This document shows, piece after piece, positions 13,201-29,525 of a stretch of 64,000 nt of DNA. Below the pieces are notes generated by a model. It was not told where the DNA came from. It did no database searches and was given only the letters and a program-made list of their open reading frames with translations. Source of the DNA: Heptranchias perlo. Taxonomy: Eukaryota. The stretch covers positions 21,886,001 through 21,950,000 of the forward strand of contig NC_090355.1 of the NCBI RefSeq assembly GCF_035084215.1, given 5' to 3'. Made by a program: the position numbers and the translations under genes. The stretch's first letter is position 1; the number at the start of each line of letters is the position of its first letter.

Positions 13201-15564
13201 ACCATGTCATGAGAGAATCCAAGTATTACAAGCGCCACAATTAAATTATTGGTGATATTTAGCAATGAACAATTTTATTTCCCTGTGGAAAAAGCTAATC
13301 CAAATGTATCTATCTTGGCCCCTGCATTTTTTAGCCACACTCAGCTGGTCGCAGCGATCAACAGAGGGAAGGCCACCAGCTCCAAGACATGGCCATGTGA
13401 TGGTTGCTATAGGTAGCAAATTATTCATCCATGGAGGATTAGCAGGGGACAAGTTTTTTAATGATATGTATGCCATTGATACAGGTAGGTCCCGTATATA
13501 GATATTTATATTAAGATATGAAAAATTATGTTTGTAGAAATTCTTATTGTTAATTGAAGTCATTAATAAAGTATTTTTGAAACTTTGCTGTCCTGATTTC
13601 AGGAAATATACACAAGTATGAAAAGAGTGGCCAGTTATAGAACAGTAAAGGAAGAGGACAGGGAGCATGTTGGCTTGCTGCTCTAATCAGATTAGTAATC
13701 ATCCTCAGCACTAGGGAACTTCGAAGGGGAAATTTAGCAAAATGTAAGAAAATAAGAGCGATCACAACAAATGCAGCAGGAATTGTACATCAATTCTAAG
13801 AAATAACCTGGATCGGAAATGTATGGGAAGTGAAGTATTAAAATGTGCTACATTAAGTAGTGCTTGGAGCCTGATCTTTTTCATTAACACTATATGGACA
13901 TGGGATTGTTTAATAGTTACCCATGGAAACTGAAAGCAAACTAATCTTACCTTCAAAAATGCATTCAATATAATTCTAGATATATTTTCTGAAAGAGTTT
14001 TTCATTTTATGTATGTGATGTACAGCTGCAGTTATCATGAAATGGAAAAAAGTAACAATGAAGGGTGATATCCCAGGAGGCTGCGCAGCTCACTCTGCAA
14101 TTTCCCATGGAAAATACATCTTCATCTTTGGTGGGATGGATATCACAGGAGCCCGAAACTCCATGTATAAGTATCACATTGGCAAGTGCTTTCAATTTCC
14201 TCTGCATCACAGGGTTTTGAAATGGGGTTGTCAGTGTGAAAGTCTATCCAGCAATAAACCAGCCCCAATAACATTTTATTTCAATCTCTTAAAATGATGA
14301 ACTGTGGTTGATTTTCAATAAACTTCATAAGTGATTTCTCTTTGGACAACAGAAATCACCAATAAGCTTGTGGTGAATTACCTATTTGTCCTGTTAAAGA
14401 ATCTGAGCAAGGATCTCTCCCTTCTTGGATTTTCACCAAAATTTCACATACAAAACAGACTTTTTTGTTGCCATTATTGTGACCATTATGGACCATGTGA
14501 AATATTACTTACGTTATACCAAAACGATGGGTGAGCAGCTTAGACTTACTGGCCTTCTTGTTCTAACATTATGTTCTTTCTTTTCTGTTTTATAACTATT
14601 AAAGCTGTTGTATTGCTTTGGTTACTATTTCAATTGGGCAATGTGTTTTTCTATCTTTCCCCACCCTACTAGCACATTTATATATTTTTTTTAAAAATCC
14701 ACCTCCAGTACTCTCCCCTGCCACATAAAGCATTCACCAACAGAATGCAAAACCACCTGTTCCAGGTCTCTGGCTATACTGGTTTAAAATATGCACAGCA
14801 GCCAAAGTTGACTTGTTCCCTCAACTTGTGTGCCTCGGTGAGAGTGGGAGGTTAGCAATGGGGATAATCAAAGGTGTAATCCCATCATCAGTTAACTTTA
14901 AATAGATCTGTTAAACACACATGAATATTAAAATGAAAGGAATACTTAAGGATATGATTTGGCTGTAGTCTTGTGCGTTCATTAGTTTAAAATAAAGAAA
15001 AAAATGCTTTTTTTTCCCCCTCTTGCAGTGGCAAGCTTCTGAATCAGAGCTGTTTTCTACCAGTTGTGGGAGTGGACAGTTACAGCTTGATATTTTAATT
15101 CTCTATTTCAAAGTTCATTCAGTGCTCAAAAGAAAAATATTGAAATTTAGTGCTATTGCAGAATCCTGTTTTGAGGTTTCACTTGAAATTACATATGTGT
15201 AACATTTCATTTTTTTTAAAAAACAGACAAGTATTGCTGGACACTATTAAAATTTGATTCCTCTCTGCCTCCAAGAAGGCTGGATCATGCCATGTGTATT
15301 ATACCCTGGAAAATGAGAGCATCGAAAACTTGTCCTCCTGCAGCAACTGATGGTGGCAAACAGTCAGCTAACGGCAATACACCCAAGGAATACCAGGAAT
15401 CTAACCAGCAAAGTCAGAACGATGGAAATCTTACTCTTAGGAATTGTTCATTACTTCAAAATCAAACCGAGAGTATTGTGCATCTGTGCTTGATATTTGG
15501 TGGAATGGACACTCAAGGGCAAATTTATAATGACTGCTTTGTAACTCTTGTTGATGGCTGTTAG
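1165..15564 (+). CDS. RABEPK: Rab9 effector protein with kelch motifs (p40), spliced CDS, 385 aa
   Basis: Exons 1165-1217, 8705-8856, 10139-10291, 11771-11932, 13335-13484, 14032-14181, 15227-15564 join in frame (1158 nt): MELMTVLEPEESPQKATWY...RVGHT...GGANPNGSF...LLPRYEHSSF...PRHGHVMVAIG...RLDHAMCIIPW...FGGMDTQGQIYNDCFVTLVDGC; kelch GG motifs, co-linear with human RABEPK as I recall it. Confidence 0.95.
2375..4384 (+). mobile_element. 5'-truncated young CR1 LINE (ORF2 RT) in a RABEPK intron
   Basis: ORFs 2307..3083 and 3107..4300 carry KSPGPDG, NYRPVSLTS, QGSVLGP, KFADDTK, EVWNSLP with a single frame break near 3070; ends in (GTTCCTAT)n CR1-type tail. Confidence 0.95.
4850..5130 (-). mobile_element. 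Degenerate copy of an old SINE-like family
   Basis: Reverse complement resembles the 3' part of copies at 28050-28300, 41835-42165 and 55640-56015. Confidence 0.45.
7570..8340 (+). mobile_element. Degenerate L1/Tx1-clade LINE 3' fragment
   Basis: WTVLHG...PFCGLEEDAYHFYLQCQRLQPLF (zinc-knuckle C-terminus of Tx1/L1 ORF2) across ORFs 7728..8021 and 7747..8010. Confidence 0.75.
8705..8856 (+). CDS. RABEPK: RABEPK coding exon 2
   Basis: YALVPRGENPGVRVGHTLAYIP...GGANPNGSFPDAHILEL; AG/GT boundaries. Confidence 0.93.
10139..10291 (+). CDS. RABEPK: RABEPK coding exon 3
   Basis: THEWDVPEWKGLLPRYEHSSF...LWLFGGADECANRNCVQVLNF; AG/GT boundaries. Confidence 0.93.
10791..11524 (+). mobile_element. Non-autonomous TIR DNA transposon (MITE-like)
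   Basis: Ends GGCCAGAATTTGCTG ... CAGCAGATTCTGGGCC; a homologous copy in opposite orientation lies at 51946-53094. Confidence 0.7.
11771..11932 (+). CDS. RABEPK: RABEPK coding exon 4
   Basis: TGVWRSPAVNGTPPTPRTCH...LYVFGGGDKGAEPVQDPQLHAFDK; within ORF 11749..11967. Confidence 0.93.
11965..12590 (-). mobile_element. Degenerate L2-like LINE 3' end
   Basis: Same layout as 31775-32400 (catttata...aggtgcttcaca...ggccatg..gggattt...ggat(g)ag). Confidence 0.6.
12598..12900 (-). mobile_element. DeuSINE (SacSINE1/AmnSINE1-like) copy
   Basis: ggatgccccaaagtgc...gcacctctgacaatgcag...gtgtcagcc...tgactcagagg...ctaatgagcc, shared with 23757, 52325, 61115 and 62597 copies. Confidence 0.65.
13335..13484 (+). 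CDS. RABEPK: RABEPK coding exon 5
   Basis: TLSWSQRSTEGRPPAPRHGHVMVAIGSKLFIHGGLAGDKFFNDMYAIDT; AG/GT boundaries. Confidence 0.93.
14032..14181 (+). CDS. RABEPK: RABEPK coding exon 6
   Basis: IMKWKKVTMKGDIPGGCAAHSAISHGKYIFIFGGMDITGARNSMYKYHI; GC donor (GCAAGT) at 14182; alternative in-frame exon start at 14026. Confidence 0.88.
15227..15564 (+). CDS. RABEPK: RABEPK last coding exon
   Basis: KYCWTLLKFDSSLPPRRLDHAMCIIPW...CFVTLVDGC*; AATAAA at ~15716 and ~15765 downstream. Confidence 0.93.
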
Positions 15565-18500
15565 CAGCATGCAGTTATGTCTTTTGTCAGGCACATAACA
15601 CCCCTCCTCTCCCATGGTTACCAGATCTCTGCAACATGGCTTCTCTGCAGTTCATTGTTCAAATGCAGCAGCAAAATTGGTGAATAGACTTTGACAATTG
15701 AGTTTCCAATTCCAAAATAAAATTAGTTAATGCTTTGGTTAACCTGCAGTGCTTTTGGATTTCCAATAAATCGCATGTCATCCTAAGATGGTTAAAGCAA
15801 GGTCCAAGCTAGTGGTCCCTATTAATGATGTATAACTGAGGTCAAAGTTCTGGTGTCCTAGCCACTATTGTCCCCCTCAAGCACAAGGAACAATTGCTAC
15901 ATCAGTTTTTTTTTCAAATCACCTTTCTGCTTGTTTTCCACAAAAGCTTGTGAACTCAAGATGCAACCTGTTGTCATGGTTGAGGGTAAAGGAAATATAA
16001 CTATCACTGCAGAAGAGGGGAATTCTCAAAACAATCCTACTTGTGATCAGTAACTGTTTGACAAAGCTTATCTGGTATTTGGTGCAATTAAAAGCCATTT
16101 TTGTTTCTCGTCTTAAACTTATGCAGATAATCTATGCTGCTAATCAAATCCATTATGTGGGTAATTTAAGAATATGTTTAATAATTAGTGGATCCACCAT
16201 TACAGTCCTCACTGGATAAATTGACCAGTGAATGGGTGAAACATTAGAGCTCCAGGCTGATTAATTGACAAAGCCAGAAAAAAAAATTGTGCATCGATAC
16301 AACCAACTCAAATTCAAGTATTAAAACCTAGCCCACTGGTTCAAGTTTTCTCCACAGCACCAGTGTGATCACAGCCAGAAGAAAATTCCTAACTTTTGCA
16401 TGCCAAGGCTAGTGTAGAGAAAGCTCAAGTTATGTCTAAGTGAGGGTACATTGACAAATGAGTGACCAGTTCCTGAAAAGAATGGGAAGCCTTCACTACC
16501 TCAAAACTTATTATACGATGAAGCATCTGGCCATGTGTAAGCAAGTTCTTTAACAAACAAGTGCCTGGTTTGTTCATAATTTCCAGATATGCATTCCGAT
16601 GACCCAACAGACTCAACTATGTTGACTTTGTTCTGACCCTAGTGTTGAGGGATTGAGAGCAAGTGAAGAATCCATTTTGTATTAAGCCCTAAAGGCTAAA
16701 AACCTGCAGAAATGACAGTGGTCATCACATGGGTCACAAACAGCCAGATCTTGAGGTTAAATGACTGACTACAATTAGATCTGAACTCAATTCATGTATT
16801 CTGAGGGACAAACATCTGTAGTAGAACCATAATAGGTACATTTATGCTTTGCTTAACCTGAACACCAGCTACTCCTGCCAGGCCCTATGACAGATCATAC
16901 AATCTATATGAAGTAATGCAGTTAGAAAGGTATAAAAGGGTGAGCATCAAATTTTTACAAAGTTGAGCTCAATGACTAACATGTGACCTCACACAGCAAA
17001 GCATCACCTTGTGTTCCAGGGTATTGTCTGTGTGTGTTCCTTTAACTCTTAAACTTGTAAATGTTTTGACTCCTGTGCCGAGAACTCTTTCCTGATACAT
17101 CACCAATGACTGCAGCCTCTGTCAATCCCGACAATAGAATATGAAATTAACCCTCAGGAAGTTTTAGACAGTGTTTTGCACGCTGAAACAAAAGATTGCC
17201 TGGAACAAGTTGGTATAGCTATCGAAAATACAAATGCTGGCAGAGATTTTCATCATATACAGGAAATAAGTTTAGTTTAAGCCTGCTACCCACCTGTGTG
17301 GTCCATTGGGATTTTAATGTAAATCTTTATGTCACAGCAAGGTACTTTGTGAAATGGAGGTTAACAAAAGGTGATAAATTCCAAGACTGTCATTGTGCAG
17401 ATATAAAATGTCTTAACATGGTCATACATTACGAAGCATTTTATTGAAATCTAGGTGTTGCCTATATACAGAGTTGTACAATTTTTTCAAATAAAGTTAA
17501 AAACTAATCAAGCTCTGAATATAAAAGTTGATTGAAACTATACATCCTATACTTCTGTTTGTGTGCCTTTTCATTATGTCCACTCATGTGTTTACCATTG
17601 CTGGTAATATTGGAGAAAAATAGCATCAGCATGAACCTAATTCCCTGATAAACATTCAGGTACTATTACAACCTAGAAGGGGTTGGCATTAGATAACCTG
17701 GTGCTCAATGTCAGTGCAGAGTGGCAACTGCTTTCCTTTTACTGAAAAGGAGTAGGGAAGGAAATCCTAATAGAAGTGATAGCTTGTATGCACTCAGCCA
17801 TGGAATGGGCAAGCTGGGACAGGGATCATATTGCTGGGGGCAGGGGGAGTTTATCACATACCTCTTGGAACAAAAATCAAGGGAATAATAAAATTCATCA
17901 CTGCGGCTTTCTAAATCTCAAACATGTGCAGTTATTTTGACATTCCTTTTCAGATGTAAGCTGTGCTAAGTTAAACAGTGACATTTAACTGGCTATTTGC
18001 AGCAATTCCTGTTTTAACAGGGAAACAGACTAAAGGTTTTAGTCATTACACAATTAGATACATGTTTAAAGTTTCAAAAACAATTGCCAAGTTAAAATAT
18101 GTTAGAATCAGTGGGCAGTGTCAAAACAATTTCACTCAGCTAATGTTGTGCATTTGATTGTAGTTCAAACTGATTCAAACACAACAGCACCTCATTTCCT
18201 ATTACATGTTCTCCATAATATGTTGACCTCAGCAGCTTCTGAAAAATCTCCCATAATACTTGACATTCAAATGTCAAAGTGTTTCAATTCTTCAGTTAGT
18301 AACTTACTGAATCCAATAAAACAAATCTCTTCATTGGTGATACATTTCAACTCGTAGCTTCCCTGTAGCTAATTAATGAGAATGCATTTGAGAGACCAAC
18401 TGTTCCAGGCTCAGTAATGAACTGCAGTGTTTTATCCAACAGCCCAATACTTAACAGCCATCACGACACCTCGAAGCGCACAGCCCTGAAAACTGAAAAC

Positions 18501-19390
18501 CCCTGGACTAGGCTAACAGTTTGTCCATCTGACAGAGCAGTTTCCCTATCAAACCCATAAAATTCAACCAGGACAAACTGAGGAAATTACATGCTATGAA
18601 TTGCCTCACCTTCAAGGGCTAAGTTGCTAAGACTGGGAGATAACAGGCTGGACACCCCTGGCTCAATCACATCATCCCTAAAACCCCAACATTTGGTTTT
18701 GTTATAGTACATGCATCTTTCAAACTGAACTGAGTACTGAAATAGAACACCTAGCTCAGTTTATTACACAAGCTCTCATACTTTATACTTCAGTCAAACA
18801 TACATGAGGCAATTCAGAAGTTACATTTAATGAACAAACCTGGCTTAAGAACCAAGTTACAAACTTTGATGTACCGATGCTATTACCACAAATCACATTA
18901 TTGGTGGATTTTACAACATGCACTTGAAGTTCCAACCACTTACCTATTCTGCAGTTCCCCCTCCTGCTGAGTGATTGGGCAATTTAGTGTCTTGTACTCC
19001 ACATGTAGCCAACTTCCACCACCAAGACAACTTGTAAACTAGTTTAATTCATACCAGCATTACAGAACCTGCATTAATTTAATGGCGTAACATCCACCTC
19101 AGGACTGCCATTGATTTGAACAGTATGCAAACTTACTAGTTCACATCTCATTCTAAAGTCGACTTACACTAGTTCATATACCATCTAAGTAGTACTGCAA
19201 GTAGGGCAGCTGGTGCATGGTGGATCAAAGTGCTTTGAATGAAGTATTCCCAATTGGTCAAAGGTATCAATGACTAAACTAATTTTAAAACTGCAAGACA
19301 CATTAGTCACCTGTGGTCATCAGCATTTTCTTCTTCCAAATAGCTAGATCCTTAAGACAAGGAAAAGGAATGTTCATATCAAACATAACA

Positions 19391-19396
19391 TTTATT
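19391..19396 (-). terminator. Proximal polyadenylation signal of HSPA5
   Basis: TTTATT on + (AATAAA on -) ~325 nt past the stop; another at 18760-18765. Confidence 0.55.
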
Positions 19397-19719
19397 GGTC
19401 AATACAGTAGAAAATGTTTTCTACACTTACACAGGCCAAACAAGGGATTTCAAATAAATAGAAAAAAATGTGTTGTGTACTTGGAGAACATTGTATTCAT
19501 AACCCTTGACATCTAAGCTCCCAATCAAGTTCTCCCCTCTGAATTGTTCATGCTGAAACTGCAATAGAAAGTACTGAGCAGCCATTTAGGCTAGCATGTT
19601 CACTCCCTCAAGTGAGAATTCTGCACATACATTCAAGAATTAAGTCCTTATCATTCAGATAATTCTTTTGCAAACAGTAAAGTTCAGTCTGCTATTTACA
19701 AAAATATTAAGGGTCCTTA

Positions 19720-24943
<5,224 letters not shown>

Positions 24944-25645
24944 TGTGAGTCAATTGAGTGCCCTTCCAAGTAATCTGAGGAAGGAAAGGTACCAGATCAG
25001 CTAATACTGCAAACTCTACCATCTCCTACAGAACACTGCCATTAAAAGTAATTTGTACATCAGATTACTTTCAATTTAATATGGATACATGAATGCTATT
25101 AATAATTATCCTCTGTAGCCAGGCATATAAACGCCCGATCTTTCCCAATGGAAGATTAACACATAGTCGAGATATATAAAGTTCAGCTTTTGCTATAAGT
25201 GCACAGCTTTTACAAAGTGAACAAAAGATTAACCCCGATACAATCAATCTGGAAAACAGCCAACTGAATCGGTGTCCCGGAAGCCATTTTATAACAGCCA
25301 ACGCTGAGCCCCCCGGCTCCCAACCCATTTCTAATCCAATCACCGAGCACAGCGGGCCTACACCCAACTCCCAAGGCGGTAAAAAAAAAATAAAACTGAC
25401 TCAAGAATAAATAATTTGAGATAAATATAACCGTATTAATGCCGCACTATTGTTCTCAACCCAGCGAGTAATCAATCGTCGAAAAAGTGGGCAGCGCCAC
25501 GCGGCCCTGGCCAGACTATTGGACCCCGGCCTAAAACCCTTACCTCCTCACGATCCGTTCTCCACAGAAAATTAATCTATTCCCAATGATTTTACCGCGC
25601 TGGGTATCGGTCTATTCAAAGCCTATAGATAGATATTTAACTTAC

Positions 25646-25712
25646 CCGCTGTTTAACACTGTACCCGTAATGAACTCCCGTCTCCTATTGTCACCCCTCA
25701 GAGATCTGTTAC
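25646..25712 (-). other. HSPA5: Putative non-coding exon 1 of HSPA5
   Basis: Starts ~25-30 nt past the TATA box; donor CGG|GTAAGT at 25645; second donor GAG|GTAAGG at 25543. Confidence 0.65.
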
Positions 25713-25734
25713 CGGCGCTACTGCCGCTCCTGCC

Positions 25735-25742
25735 TTTATATA
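25735..25742 (-). promoter_or_regulatory. HSPA5 TATA box
   Basis: TATATAAA on - strand, just downstream of the first ERSE. Confidence 0.85.
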
Positions 25743-25760
25743 GAATCTTGACTTCCTCGT

Positions 25761-25779
25761 CGTGGAGGGCTGCAATTGG
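25761..25779 (-). promoter_or_regulatory. ER stress response element (ERSE) 1
   Basis: CCAAT-tgcagccct-CCACG on - strand, exact CCAAT-N9-CCACG consensus (NF-Y plus ATF6/XBP1). Confidence 0.92.
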
Positions 25780-25793
25780 TCGGGTGTCCTTGC

Positions 25794-25812
25794 GTTGGAG
25801 GCCGATGATTGG
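25794..25812 (-). promoter_or_regulatory. ERSE 2 (CCAAC variant)
   Basis: CCAAT-catcggcct-CCAAC on - strand. Confidence 0.85.
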
Positions 25813-26104
25813 GCAGAGGGCCCACGCTGGCCACTCCGGAGGGTGACACGTACGGGGCTTTCGGGGACTCGTCAGAGGGGACCGGAGAACCCGCCCCCTG
25901 CGCGGCAACGCGCGCGTTTATTGGCCAGACTTTAAACGTTCGCGGCCCAGTGGGAACTGGCGCTCCCTTCCGAGCTCGAGTCGCAATTGGGTCGTTCAGT
26001 TGTCAATCATTGGAGACGCGATGACTCCCCCCACTTCTGCCGCTTTGCTCATCGTCGATTTCATCGGTGTTGCGTGCGTTGTTGCGTCATCGGTTCCCCT
26101 TTCC

Positions 26105-26119
26105 GTTCTGGAATATTCA
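26105..26119. promoter_or_regulatory. Heat-shock-element-like motif
   Basis: gTTCtgGAAtaTTCa = three alternating nGAAn units within the HSPA5 CpG island. Confidence 0.5.
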
Positions 26120-26244
26120 CCTCCAGAATTACGGGAACCACTTGTCGATTTTGAGCCGGGCGATCTACTTTTTGAGTGAGCTGTCTAGAAAAAGTTTTTA
26201 AAATATAAACTTATAATTTAAACTTGCAATGAGTGCGGTCTGAT

Positions 26245-26990
26245 CATAAAAAGGTTACAACACAGAAGGAGGTCATTCGGCCCATCGAGTCGGTGCCGGC
26301 TCCATGCAACAGCAATCCACTTCGTCCCACTTCCCCGCCCTATCCCCATAGCCCTGCAATTTTTTCACTTCATCCAGTTCCCTTTTGAAGGCCATGACTG
26401 AATCTACCTCCACCAACCCGTCAGGCAGTGCATTCCAGATCCTCATGTCACCTTTGGTTCTTTTGCCAATCACCTTAAACCTATGTCCTCTGGTTCTTGA
26501 TCCTTCTGCCAATAGGAACAGTTTCTCTCTGTCTGGACCCTTCATGATTTTGAATACCACTATCAAATCTCCTCTCAACCTTCTCTGTTCCAAGGAGAAC
26601 AACCCCAGCTTCTCCAGTCCATCCATGTAACTAAAGTCCCTCATTCCTGGAATCATTCTAGTAAATCTCTTCTGCACCCTCTCAAAGGCTTTCACATCTT
26701 TCTTAAAGTTCAGTGCTCAGAACTGGATACTGGATACAATACTCCAGCTGTGATTGAACCAGTATTTTATGAAGGTTCATCATGACTTCCTTGCTTTTGT
26801 ACTCTGTGCCTCTATTTAGAAAGCCCAGGATCATGCATGCTTTTTTAACCGCTTTCTCAACCCACCCTGCCACCTTCAATGATTTGTGTACATATACCCC
26901 CAGATCTCTCTGTGCCCCTTTTAGAATTGTGCCCTTTAGTTTATATTGCCTCTCCTCATTCTACTGAAATGTTTCACCTCACATTTGGTG
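26245..26990 (-). mobile_element. CR1 LINE 3' fragment
   Basis: ORF 26273..26695: ERVQKRFTRMIPG...LEQRRLRGDLI...RTRGHRFK...WNALP. Confidence 0.92.
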
Positions 26991-27373
26991 CTGACCTGGT
27001 GTCGTTCTTGCCTTCTGACAGATAATGAAATTCTGTCTATTTAGCCTGATAATGGCTTCTATATATTTGAAATTTCGATGCTTTACATTTTATGTAGTCT
27101 TAGGTGGTCTCTTTGAAGTTTGACAGCAACAAGTTCCCTAATGACTCAGTTAGTTCATAATGGAAGTGTGTATAGCTGAGCTCATGTTCAGTTCCAAATC
27201 TATGGCTAGTTAGTTTTTCAACCGGATTGGTAGCGTAGGGGCAAAAGTTCGCCTTTGTATGTGTGTGTACTTTGCGTGAGGACAGGATCAGATTTGCTTG
27301 TGTTACCCCCATAATTGAATAGCCTGCCATACACAAAGATCTGCCACTTGGGTGAAATACCAGAGAGCAATAA

Positions 27374-27437
27374 GCGCACCCTTGTGCTGCAAGCCAGGTC
27401 AACTTGCGCACCCTTGTGCTGTAAGCCAGGTAGACTT
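27374..27437. repeat. 32-bp tandem duplication
   Basis: gcgcacccttgtgctgcaagccaggtcaactt / gcgcacccttgtgctgtaagccaggtagactt. Confidence 0.85.
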
Positions 27438-28714
27438 CACACCTTCAGGTGAGGAGTGAAAAGAATGGGGGAGATCAGCCAAAAGATTCAGGCAGTGGAA
27501 TTCTAACAAAGTTTGGTTTGAACTTGCCCAGCAGAATGCAAACAACAAAACAAAGATTATGACAAGCTTATACCAGGGATGAAAAACTTTAGTTATGAGG
27601 AAAAACGAGAGATACTGCGGCTCTTTTCATAGCCAAAGAGGTCGAATTTAAGGAGACTTTTTGAAGGTAGTAACATATATAGGACGATAGAGGGGTTAAT
27701 GGAGAGAGTTCCAGGCTGTGGGGATAAGATAGCTGAAGATTGTACTGCTGATTGTAAAGCAGGGGAAGAAGGCAATGCAGAATAGACCAAAGTTCAAAGT
27801 TGTCAGAAATCACAGCAACAGTCATAAAATCAAGGGTGGTAAATGGAGAAATAAAGCTTGGTATTGTCAGCATAAATATGAAAGCTGACCATATGATTAT
27901 GGATTATGTCATCTGAGGGGCAAAATATAGATGAGGAATAGGAGCAATCAAGATTGATACCTTGAGGCAGAACGGCAGTGAGCATAGGAAGCAAGCCTTC
28001 ATAAGATGTACTAGCTTCATTGAGACAGATTGGAATGGAATCATACATGGGCAGTGCTGTGGAAGAGGACTGTGTGGTAACTGTCGATAGCCGTAGAGGG
28101 TACAAGCTGAGATAACGCACTCCCGTTGCATACTTTGCTGTGATGCCCCCTCCACCTTCAATAGCCTCCTGCCACTCAGTGTCCAGAATATGAAAAGGTT
28201 TGGGTGAGATGCTGGAAGACTGCTGTTGCCTGTGAAACTATACCCCAGCATGAAATCATCTCCAGCAGAAGCTGGCTAAGGGGAGAAATCAGAGAGAAAA
28301 TGTGAAGAATAAAAAGTAAATTTATAAAAGTGAAATGTATGACTATTTTATTTGGAACACAAAATTTAAAAATGCATTGTTGTAATGTTCATAAATTTAC
28401 TGCATGATATTCCGAAGGTTGGAATTACAGTGCCACTTTTGTATCATTATGAAGTTAATGTGACTTAAAAGTAGGAGGAAAGAAACATTTCAAAAGCATT
28501 TTTAAATTTGCAGTTAGCAGTTTTACTCCCATCTCCCAAAATGTGTGTGTACAGCAGAATGTCGGTTGAACAACCAATAGTGGAGCTCAGCAAAAGTATA
28601 TTGAGAACACTGTATTTTATGTACGTGTAGCCTTGTATGTTTAACAGAAGTTTTCTCGAAGTTTTTGGTTTCATTGCTTATTTTTAATTAAAATGCTTGC
28701 GATTTTCATTGCTT

Positions 28715-28868
28715 CACCATTGGCGGCTGTGCCTTCAGCTGCCGAGGCCCTAAGTTTTGGAATTCCCTCACTAAACCTCTCTCCTCATTTAAGACGCTCC
28801 TTAAAACCTATCTTTCACCTTTCCTAATATCTCCTTATGTGGCTCGGCATCAAATTTTGTTTGACAAC
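28715..28868 (+). mobile_element. L2 LINE 3' end fragment
   Basis: Reverse complement of the L2 tails at 29600-29757 and 31775-32030. Confidence 0.75.
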
Positions 28869-28885
28869 ATAGTATGTGCAGGTCC

Positions 28886-29525
28886 TGGGGCCGAGATCAG
28901 GCTTAGGAATCATCAAAAATTCAAGAAATCTGAATAGCCATATAGCTCCTATGTTGCAACAGTTGTGCAGATGAACATGAACAGTATGTGCAGTATAACT
29001 GCAGGATTAAATAGTACACATTCCCAAATCACCTGATTTTGTCACAAGATTTTCAGAACTGAGATTGACTAACTGAGGGTCATTATGGACCAGATGAGCT
29101 CAGAGAAGGCACGGGGTAGGTGGGAGATCAACTAAAGAGACAGGGGTTCGGGGTTCGGATAGGTGAGGGCTTGAACGGGAGGTTGGCTTGATGTGTAATA
29201 AGAAGGGGGGAAGCAATAGAGTTGAACAGATGGCGTCAATCTTGGTGACGAAGAAATCCGTGCTTGGAGTAACCGATTGTTCCCGCAAATCTGGTCCGGT
29301 AGAAGGTTTATTTCTTGAATCACAAGGGGTCGAAGAACTTTGTCAATCTCAGTTTTGAGAATCTTGTGACAAAATCAGGTGATTTGGGAATGTGTACTGT
29401 TTAATGCTGCAGTTATACTGCACATACTGTTCATGTTCAAATGCACAACTGTTGCAATGCAAGAGCTATATGGCCACTCAGATTTCTTGAATCTTTGGTG
29501 ATTCCTCAGCCTGATCTCGGCCCCA
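28886..29525. repeat. Inverted repeat, ~184-bp arms (28886-29069 / 29342-29525)
   Basis: ggggccgagatcaggct...gtacacattcccaaatcacctgattttgtcacaagatt...gagattgac is mirrored by gtcaatctc...aatcttgtgacaaaatcaggtgatttgggaatgtgtac...agcctgatctcggcccc. Confidence 0.92.
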
